From positions 3,938,249-3,962,248 of the forward strand of contig CP030884.1 of assembly GCA_006969385.1 (NCBI GenBank): 24,000 nucleotides of DNA, read 5' to 3'. Shown one piece after another: positions 1 to 6,228 of this stretch. The notes under the pieces are model-generated. The model searched no databases, was not told where the DNA came from, and was given only the letters and a program-made list of their open reading frames with translations. Every line of letters begins with the position of its first letter. The first letter of the stretch is position 1. The DNA is from Planctomycetaceae bacterium. GTDB lineage: Bacteria; Planctomycetota; Phycisphaerae; UBA1845; UTPLA1. The translations under genes were made by a program, and so were the position numbers.

Positions 1-685
1 TGGCATAGATCCGATTGTTGGTGGTATAGACCAAGCTCAGCGCGTTGCGCAAACCCGGTGCCCATACGCTGACATCGCGACCGCCCAGTTGATCGACAAT
101 ATTGCCGAAGACCTGGTCCATATTGAGATTGCCGGTGGCAGGATCGATGTAGGTAACGGCACCGTCGAAGTCGGGTCGCCACACTTCGGCTTTCAGAATT
201 GCCGCCGATAGCGGTGATTCGGGTACGTCGCCGATGTTGCAATTGGGCACGCCGGCGTTGGTGTTACCACCGCTGCAAATCAGCAGGTTGCCGAAGTTAT
301 CAACCGTCATGCCGTTAACGCTGTGATCGTGATTGGAGACCGGAAGGCCGGTGATAAGCGGTTCGGCCACATTGAAGTTGGGGCCGGTGAGTACCGAGAC
401 TTGCCCCGAGTACGGCGAGAAGCCTTCGAAACATGCGCCGCCGTTGGCGAATAGTTCGCCGTGGGCGACGTAAAGCTTGACGGTACCGGGCGCATCGAAC
501 GGGCTAGTGGTGATGCCGAGGATGCCCTTGTTGGACAGGGTCGTTAGCGTGTTGATCACTTGGGTATTCGTAACGTTGTAATTGTCGTCGAACGTGTAGG
601 CTTCGATCTTGCCGTTGATGTTGGCGACGTAGAGACGACCGTCGGCACCCCATGTAAGGGCCGTGGGTTTGGCGATCGCGGCGGC
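1..685 (-). other. Beta-propeller region (SGL / soluble quinoprotein sugar-dehydrogenase-like), aa 1795 to window edge; truncated
   Basis: KPTALTWGADGRLYVANINGKIEAYTF, ...GILGITTSPF...KLYVAHGE, ...SNHDHSVNGMTVDNFGNLLICSGGNTNAG. The blade-like periodicity is recalled from the GSDH/SGL family. Tentative. Confidence 0.4.
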
Positions 686-3600
686 GTCGGCGAGCGCGAA
701 GATTGTCGGTACGGGACCGGAGGTGGTGTACAAAAATTGCTTGACGTTGCTGACGCCGTTGGGTGTTTCAACGGTGAAGTCGATGATGCCGTCGCCCGGT
801 GGCGAAATGAAGTCGATGCGGCTGGGCGTGATCGTGAGGTCGGCGCCGGTGATATCCTGCGCGCCCCAATGCACGACGACTTGATCGGCGGGGAAGAAGC
901 CGAGGCCTGTTAGCGTGATGAGATTGCCGCCGGCATCAATGCCTTCGTCGGGGGCCGTGTTGATGATCGGTCGCAGGCCGGTTTGATCGTGGCTCAGCGC
1001 GGCAATCGAAATATCGATGATGGCACCGCCGCCGAGTTGCCATGCGAGCGCCAACGGTGCATCGGCGATGTCGTTGACGGCAAAGCGCGCTTCGAGCGTG
1101 TGGGCGCCGGTCGTCAGGTTGATCGGACCGCTGACGAGATTGCCGTCCACCCACAGGCGCGATTCGGTACCGCCGCCGCTATAGAAGGTGTAGTTACCCG
1201 CCTGTGTAACGTTAACGGTGGTATTGATGCGGGCAAGCACGTTGCCGGTGTAAGGCGAGTTACCCAGCGTAGCGTTGTCATCGTTGATGTAAAGCGTGCT
1301 GACCACTTCGCCAAAGTTTGCGGTAGCGGGCGGATTGTCGATCAGCGTTTGCGGATTGCCGCTGTAATAGCGCACCAGCGCACCGGGCACGGCGTCGGGG
1401 CCAACGACGCGGAAGGTTTCTTCCAACGCGAGCTGTTCCGGTGGAATGTTGTCATCGTAGATGGTCAGCCGCACCGTGTGTTCGCCGACAGGGAAGGTGT
1501 GCGTCGTATCCATCGTGGTCGCGAATATCTGACCGTTCTGAGTCCACTCGAACGCTTCCAATTCATGACCGAGTTCGTGGGTATGCGAATCGCGACCCAG
1601 CAGCGTCACGGGTTCGCTACCGTTCTGGTCGTAGTCGACGGTGACCGGATCGACATCGATGACGACGTGCAGGAACGGATGGCCGGTTTCTTCACCGCCG
1701 ATTCCGCTGAGCGACACGTGTTGCGGCGGGAAGTTGCCTCGAAATTCGACGTCAACGTTGTTGGCGATGGGCGTATTCGGTGCGAACAGCAAGCTGCCTT
1801 GCAGGTTAGCGCCGGGAGCCAAGTCGATATCGACGGGATGAATGACATCGCCAGCCGCGCCGGTTAAATCGAGGCCGGGCAGGCTGAGCGTGAAATCTTC
1901 GCCGCCGCCGTCGTTCACTTGAAACGCAATCGACGAGATGTTGATCGGTTCGCTGCCGTCGTTGGTGAGCGTGAGCGTTTGAACGAAGCCGGCTTGCCCC
2001 AGCGGCACGTGGCCCCAGGATACAAACGTCGGATCGAGCGTTAGTTCGCCCGCGCTGAGTTGCACGACTTCGATCGCCGAAATTTTCGGGTTCTGCGCGA
2101 CCTTCGCCAGTGCGATGACGATATCGCCGTCGAGCACTTGCAAGTCATATGTTTGAACCGTCGCGGTGCGGAAGCCCGCGACGGCGGCGATATCAAAGTT
2201 ATCGAGTACGAGGTTTCCATTCACGAACACATCGAAGACGCGCACGCCGGGGTTTTGCGCGCCGGACCAAATCTCGGCGAAGTGCATCCGCACGCGATAC
2301 GTGCCCGGATCGACCGGAAGCGTGAACACGAGGTTTTGCGTACTGCTTTCGATGAAGCGCTCGGATTGATAGAGCGTGTCGTTTTCGGTATTAGCAATGG
2401 CGGCGGTGCTGGTGAACGATCCGCCGCTATTGTAGAAGCCGGCATCGGACGACCAAAAGTTGCCGTCGCCATCGGTGTAATCCGGGCCGCCGGCGTTTAG
2501 GCGATAAATGACGAATTCGTCGTTGCTGCCGGTGTCTTCGATCAACGTGACGGTGACGCTGTCGGTTGCTGCGGGGCCGGGAATCGGTTGATGGCTGGTA
2601 TCGGCAAAGAACACCGTCACGGTGTAAGTGCCGGGAGGCAGCGGGCCGAGCGTGGTCGAACCGTTGAGGTTCATGCTCATCGTGGGCGCTTCGTCGTCGA
2701 GTTGGATATGTACGTGATTGACGGTGCTTAAATCACCCGTCGATGCCCACGACACGTCGATCGTGTCGCCAACGATCGTGCTGTTGTTGGCGGGGGTGGT
2801 GATGGTGATCGTCGGCGGCGTGGTAACCACTTCTTCGGTTGTAAACGACACGCTGTCGGTTGCTTCGGGATTGGTAAGCTCGCCATCGCCGCTATCCACG
2901 AGCGTTACCGTAAGCGTGTGATTGCCGGGCGCGACGTTATTGAAGGTGAGCGAACCCGTTAGATTGAGGCTCATCTGCATCGGTTCGTCATCGAGCTGCA
3001 CGTGCACATGGTCGACGCTGCTGAGGTCGCCGCTGGTCTGCCATTGTGCGATAAAGCTGGTGCCCATCAGTGTTGCGCCGTTGTTCGGCGCGAGAATGTT
3101 AACCGTCGGTGGCAAGGGTGCGGCGTCGCCGAGGATTTCGATGCCGGAGACTTTGGGGTTTTCAAAGTTATGAATGAACTCAATGTTGAGCGTGCCGTCG
3201 GTGACCGTCGTTTCAAACTCGTGCACATCGGCCGTGAGCGGGCCGACTTCCGCGACGATGTCGTAATCAGTAAGCACGGTGGCACCTTCGATGGCCACAT
3301 TCATCACGCGCCGCGCGGGTTGCGTCCAATACGTTTCGGCAAAGTGCAAACGCACGGTATAGCTGCCTGCTGCGACCGGGAACTCGAACATCATCTCAGG
3401 AGCCGACGATGAATCCCAACGGCAGGAACGATACAAGGGGTCGTTGTCGGTGCCGGCGATCTCGGTGCCGCTATTAACGACTGAGCTATTGCCGATGTTG
3501 TAATAACCGGCGTCGGATTCCCAGGTATTGCCAAGGTTGTCGGTGTAGGTGGGGCCGCCAACGTTGATGCGATACAAGGCATCGTCACTGCCGGGCTGCG

Positions 3601-6067
3601 GCACGAGCGTGACCGTGACGACCTTCGTCGCTTCCGGGTTGAGCAGCGGGGCTTGGCCGACATCCACCAATGAAACGGTGATCGTGTAAGTGCCCGGCAA
3701 GAGGGGCAACGCGACCATGCCGTTGAGCGGCAGCAGCGTTTGTGGGTTTTCTTCGTCGAGTTGTACGTGTACGTGCGCTGCGTCGGTGAGGTCGCCCGAG
3801 CTGTTCCACGAGACCATGATTTCGTCGCCGGTGATGGTGGCACCGTTGAATGGCGAAGTAAGCGTGAGCGTCGGCGGTTCGATCGGATTGCCGGTCGACG
3901 TGAAGCCGACGCTGTCATATGCCTCAACATTGGGCAGATTTTGATGGTTGGCATCAACGATGTTGATCTCAAAGGTATGCGAGCCGGGGGCCACGCCGGT
4001 GAACGTAAAGCTGCCGGTCAGGTCGGGCCGCATGATGATGCCGCCGTTATCGAGCCGCAGGTGCACGTGGTTGGCGTCGGTCAGATCGCCCGTGGTTTGC
4101 CATTGCACGGTGATGGCGTTGCCGTTGATCGATTCGCCTTCAGTTGGTGAGGTGATGTTGATTGTGGGCGGATCGGGCGTGTTGTCGACGGTAATGAATC
4201 CAACGGTATCAAACGCTTCGGCGTTGGGCAGGTCTTGATGATTGGCATCGACGAGATTGACTTCAATCGTATGCGCACCGGCCGCAACACCGCTAAAAGT
4301 GTACGAACCGCTGAGTGTGGGTCGCATGATGATGCCGCCGTTGTCGAGGCGCAAGTGAACGTGATTGGCGTTTACCAAATTGCCGGATGATTGCCACTGC
4401 ACGGTGACTTCGTCGACGTCGATCGATGCGCCTTCAGTCGGCGCGAGGATCGTGACGGTCGCCGGAAGGGGCGGTGCAGCGTCGGTCGTGAAGGTGACGA
4501 CCGCAGACGCTTCGGGGTTGGGCAGGTTTTGATGAACCGCATCGACGAGGTTTACCTGCAATGTGTGTGCACCAGCAGCGAGATCGGTGAACGTATAGCT
4601 GCTGTCGAGATTCATCTGCATCACAACGGGCCGATCATCGAGTTGCAGATGCACGTGGTTGACCTGCGACAAGTCGCCGGTGGATACCCATTGAACGGTG
4701 ACGGCCGAATCGGAGATGACCTGACCTTCGGTCGGGCTGATCACGTCGATGGTCGGCGGCGTCGGTTGCACCGGGGTATCGCTCAGGATTTCGATGGCCG
4801 AAACCTTTGGGTTCTCGAAGTCGTGCAGAAACTCGACATTCAACACGCCGTCGGACACGGTTGTTTCAAACTCGCGAATATCCGCGGTGAATGCGCCGAC
4901 TTCCGCAACAAGGTCGAGGCCGCTGATGACATTGGTGCCTTCGATGGCGACGCCAAAAACGCGGCGATTCGGCTGCGTCCAGTAGATCTCGGCAAAGTGC
5001 AGGCGCACGGTGTACTCGCCGTTGGTGACCGGGAACGAATACACCATTTCGCTGCCGGACGCCGAATCCCACCGACCGGTCTGGTAAATCGTATCGATTT
5101 CGGTGTTGGCAATTTGCGTAGCCGCGTGAACCTGCTCTTTTTTGCCGGTGTTGTAGAAGCCCATGTCGGACATCCACAAGTGGCCGTTCTGATCGACATA
5201 GTTCGGGCCGCCGGCATTGACGCGATAGTAAGCGGTGACCGGCGCGTTGAGTGCGATCTGCGTGATGCAGGTTACGCTGCAACCGTTGTTGTCGGTGACG
5301 TCAACGCTATAGAAGCCGTCTTGATCGATCGTGACGCTGTTGTTGGTTTCACCGCTGTGCGGCCAGAAGTAAGACTCGTAACCGGGCGTGGCAGTCAGTA
5401 GCACATCGGTCTGCTGATAGGTGGGTGCGATCACAAGGGAGGGCGGCAGGGCCGAGTTGGTATCGATCGTGATTTGATCGGCACCTCCAAAACCATCGCT
5501 GACGGTCACGATGAATTGATCGACTGGCTCGTCGACGTCGGCGGCTTGATAACAAAGCGTGACTTGCCCGCCGACGCTTCCGTTTACGAAACTTGCCGTG
5601 CCGAATTCGGGTGGCGTGGCGATCGACCAAATCAGATTCTCGGTATCACCCAGATTCGGGTCGACGGCTTCGAGTTGAATCGCGTTGCGCGCGCTGGGGC
5701 ACGTATCGCAGAAAACATTGTTGAGTAGCGCAATATCGCCCGTCGTGATCTGCGGGGCGAAGTTACACGGGGTGCCCATGAGAATGCCGACGAAGCCGGG
5801 GATGTCGTCGACCGTGATGAGATCGTCGGCGGCGCACGGATCGCCGGGCGAACCGATATCGGCGGCGTCGAGTTCGTCCGCCGTCGGTGTTTGCGGATTC
5901 ACAATCAGCTCGATGAAGCTCGGGATATCCGCGCCGTTGGTTTCGCCGTCACCGTTGGTATCGCCCGGTTCGAATGCGCCACACGAGGCGGCGCACATCA
6001 GGACGAGCGCGCAGCACAAGCGCGCGGTGGTCGACCACGTATTGATTAAATGATCTCTAAGCGGCAT
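1..6067 (-). CDS. Giant secreted/lipoprotein-type multidomain glycan-binding protein, 5' end complete, 3' end beyond window (>=2022 aa)
   Basis: Absent from the ORF track because no stop lies in the window. Hand reverse-complement translation from ATG 6067..6065 gives 2022 sense codons plus 1 nt down to position 1. Frame is coordinates 1 mod 3; spot checks: Val973 = 3151..3149, Gln1336 = 2062..2060. N-terminus MPLRDHLINTWSTTARLCCALVLMCAASCGAFEPGDTNGDGETNGADIPSFIELIV. The last residues read are ...RNALSLVYTTNNRIYA. Coherent domain grammar throughout (see sub-features). Every other minus-strand ORF listed in this span is in a different frame. Confidence 0.85.
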   Translation of the reverse strand, partial: MPLRDHLINTWSTTARLCCALVLMCAASCGAFEPGDTNGDGETNGADIPSFIELIVNPQTPTADELDAADIGSPGDPCAADDLITVDDIPGFVGILMGTPCNFAPQITTGDIALLNNVFCDTCPSARNAIQLEAVDPNLGDTENLIWSIATPPEFGTASFVNGSVGGQVTLCYQAADVDEPVDQFIVTVSDGFGGADQITIDTNSALPPSLVIAPTYQQTDVLLTATPGYESYFWPHSGETNNSVTIDQDGFYSVDVTDNNGCSVTCITQIALNAPVTAYYRVNAGGPNYVDQNGHLWMSDMGFYNTGKKEQVHAATQIANTEIDTIYQTGRWDSASGSEMVYSFPVTNGEYTVRLHFAEIYWTQPNRRVFGVAIEGTNVISGLDLVAEVGAFTADIREFETTVSDGVLNVEFLHDFENPKVSAIEILSDTPVQPTPPTIDVISPTEGQVISDSAVTVQWVSTGDLSQVNHVHLQLDDRPVVMQMNLDSSYTFTDLAAGAHTLQVNLVDAVHQNLPNPEASAVVTFTTDAAPPLPATVTILAPTEGASIDVDEVTVQWQSSGNLVNANHVHLRLDNGGIIMRPTLSGSYTFSGVAAGAHTIEVNLVDANHQDLPNAEAFDTVGFITVDNTPDPPTINITSPTEGESINGNAITVQWQTTGDLTDANHVHLRLDNGGIIMRPDLTGSFTFTGVAPGSHTFEINIVDANHQNLPNVEAYDSVGFTSTGNPIEPPTLTLTSPFNGATITGDEIMVSWNSSGDLTDAAHVHVQLDEENPQTLLPLNGMVALPLLPGTYTITVSLVDVGQAPLLNPEATKVVTVTLVPQPGSDDALYRINVGGPTYTDNLGNTWESDAGYYNIGNSSVVNSGTEIAGTDNDPLYRSCRWDSSSAPEMMFEFPVAAGSYTVRLHFAETYWTQPARRVMNVAIEGATVLTDYDIVAEVGPLTADVHEFETTVTDGTLNIEFIHNFENPKVSGIEILGDAAPLPPTVNILAPNNGATLMGTSFIAQWQTSGDLSSVDHVHVQLDDEPMQMSLNLTGSLTFNNVAPGNHTLTVTLVDSGDGELTNPEATDSVSFTTEEVVTTPPTITITTPANNSTIVGDTIDVSWASTGDLSTVNHVHIQLDDEAPTMSMNLNGSTTLGPLPPGTYTVTVFFADTSHQPIPGPAATDSVTVTLIEDTGSNDEFVIYRLNAGGPDYTDGDGNFWSSDAGFYNSGGSFTSTAAIANTENDTLYQSERFIESSTQNLVFTLPVDPGTYRVRMHFAEIWSGAQNPGVRVFDVFVNGNLVLDNFDIAAVAGFRTATVQTYDLQVLDGDIVIALAKVAQNPKISAIEVVQLSAGELTLDPTFVSWGHVPLGQAGFVQTLTLTNDGSEPINISSIAFQVNDGGGEDFTLSLPGLDLTGAAGDVIHPVDIDLAPGANLQGSLLFAPNTPIANNVDVEFRGNFPPQHVSLSGIGGEETGHPFLHVVIDVDPVTVDYDQNGSEPVTLLGRDSHTHELGHELEAFEWTQNGQIFATTMDTTHTFPVGEHTVRLTIYDDNIPPEQLALEETFRVVGPDAVPGALVRYYSGNPQTLIDNPPATANFGEVVSTLYINDDNATLGNSPYTGNVLARINTTVNVTQAGNYTFYSGGGTESRLWVDGNLVSGPINLTTGAHTLEARFAVNDIADAPLALAWQLGGGAIIDISIAALSHDQTGLRPIINTAPDEGIDAGGNLITLTGLGFFPADQVVVHWGAQDITGADLTITPSRIDFISPPGDGIIDFTVETPNGVSNVKQFLYTTSGPVPTIFALADAAAIAKPTALTWGADGRLYVANINGKIEAYTFDDNYNVTNTQVINTLTTLSNKGILGITTSPFDAPGTVKLYVAHGELFANGGACFEGFSPYSGQVSVLTGPNFNVAEPLITGLPVSNHDHSVNGMTVDNFGNLLICSGGNTNAGVPNCNIGDVPESPLSAAILKAEVWRPDFDGAVTYIDPATGNLNMDQVFGNIVDQLGGRDVSVWAPGLRNALSLVYTTNNRIYA
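722..973 (-). other. IPT/TIG-like domain, aa 1699-1782
   Basis: PIINTAPDEGIDAGGNLITLTGLGFFPADQVVVHWGAQDI...RIDFISPPGDGIIDFTVETPNGVSN. Pattern P.I..[IV].P..G...GG..[IV]T[IL.]G.GF. Confidence 0.5.
1013..1387 (-). other. PA14-like carbohydrate-binding domain, aa 1561-1685
   Basis: GALVRYYSGNPQTL...ARINTTVNVTQAGNYTFYSGGGTESRLWVDGNLV...GAHTLEARF. Typical PA14 pattern: G[LW]...Y+ ... G.Y.F....DD...L.[IV]DG..V. Confidence 0.55.
1403..1666 (-). other. PKD-like domain, aa 1468-1555
   Basis: LEAFEWTQNGQIFATTMDTTHTFPVGEHTVRLTIYDDN resembles the PKD pattern W.......G....H.[FY]...G.Y.V.L.V.D. Confidence 0.4.
1697..2047 (-). other. Ig-like beta-sandwich (choice-of-anchor-D / ASH-like), aa 1341-1457
   Basis: LTLDPTFVSWGHVPLGQAGFVQTLTLTNDGSEPINISSIAF...DLAPGANLQGSLLFAP...VSLSGIG. 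Pattern L.P..[LV].[FW]G.V..G......L.L.N.G...L.I. Confidence 0.4.
2060..2518 (-). other. Malectin-like carbohydrate-binding domain 3 (aa 1184-1336), more diverged
   Basis: IYRLNAGGPDYTDGDGNFWSSDAGFYNSGG...LYQSERF...YRVRMHFAEIWSGAQNPGVRVFDVFVNGNLVLDNFDI...NPKISAIEVV. Confidence 0.7.
2543..3112 (-). repeat. Two further tandem 98-aa His-x-His repeats, R5-R6 (aa 986-1175)
   Basis: PPTVNILAPNNGATL...GDLSSVDHVHVQLDD and PPTITITTPANNSTI...GDLSTVNHVHIQLDD. HVH at aa 1020-1022 and 1118-1120, the same 98-aa register as R1-R4. Confidence 0.8.
3128..3583 (-). other. Malectin-like carbohydrate-binding domain 2 (aa 829-980)
   Basis: LYRINVGGPTYTDNLGNTWESDAGYYNIG...LYRSCRWDS...YTVRLHFAETYWTQPARRVMNVAIEG...DGTLNIEF...NPKVSGIEIL. 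Confidence 0.75.
3602..4759 (-). repeat. Four tandem 98-aa (294-nt) His-x-His Ig-like repeats, R1-R4 (aa 437-822), DUF4399-like
   Basis: Repeat starts PPT at aa 437 and 633 (R1, R3), PAT at 535 (R2), PPT at 731 (R4). Invariant HVH at aa 471-473, 569-571, 667-669 and 765-767. R2 and R3 share ANHVHLRLDNGGIIMRP. The identical 20-mer cgcatgatgatgccgccgtt occurs at 4029..4048 and 4323..4342, exactly 294 nt apart. Confidence 0.85.
4778..5236 (-). other. Malectin-like carbohydrate-binding domain 1 (aa 278-430)
   Basis: YYRVNAGGPNYVDQNGHLWMSDMGFYNTG...IYQTGRWDS...YTVRLHFAEIYWTQPNRRVFGVAIEG...DGVLNVEF...NPKVSAIEIL. This is the remembered malectin signature. Confidence 0.75.
5774..5965 (-). other. Dockerin-like / EF-hand calcium-loop pair (aa 35-98)
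   Basis: GDTNGDGETNGADIPSFIELIV matches the dockerin repeat pattern D.N.DG..N..D(I)..F. A second, degenerate copy is ADIGSPGDPCAADDLITVDDIPGFVGILMG. Confidence 0.5.
5981..6067 (-). other. Signal peptide with possible lipobox (AAS|C29) of the giant protein
   Basis: Basic n-region (R4, R16), hydrophobic LCCALVLMCAA, then S-C-G. Only a loose match to the L-[AS]-[GA]-C lipobox. Confidence 0.5.
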
Positions 6068-6228
6068 TCGTTCCCCGTCACGAAAAGGCCACAAGTCTGC
6101 GCGGATTGTCCCCCACAAACCGCACCGATTATACTCAGCCGAAATTGCGATTAGAAGCCTCATTATCGGTTGGGCGGGGTATTTCGTTGCTTATCGCCCG
6201 TTCGCCGAATCCGCCAGCGGGAGGTCTT

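Noticed and set aside
983-1867. 294-aa + strand ORF. The same applies to 560..913, 2060..2500, 3002..3412, 3740..4150, 3948..4238 and 4391..5401 on the + strand.
   Set aside because: All lie antisense to the uninterrupted 2022-codon minus-strand frame. Their products are Arg/Gly/Asp/Val-rich with no domain grammar, as expected for shadow ORFs in GC-rich DNA.
3391-3972. 193-aa minus-strand ORF, plus other minus-strand track ORFs inside 1..6067.
   Set aside because: They start at coordinates 0 or 2 mod 3, out of frame with the real gene (1 mod 3). Composition is Arg/Ser/Pro/Thr-rich and low in complexity.
2543-4759. Regular 294-nt periodicity considered as a CRISPR-like or satellite DNA array.
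   Set aside because: The period is a multiple of 3 inside an open reading frame. Copies are diverged at synonymous and conservative positions and there is no repeat-spacer structure. It is a protein-domain tandem repeat.
6106-6228. TTG start at 6106 proposed by the track for the beta-helix gene (777 aa).
   Set aside because: The extra 41 residues (MSPTNRTDYTQPKLRLEASLSVGRGISLLIARSPNPPAGGL) precede the signal peptide and would bury it. ATG 6229 has a GGGAGG RBS 4 nt upstream and yields a normal n-h-lipobox N-terminus.
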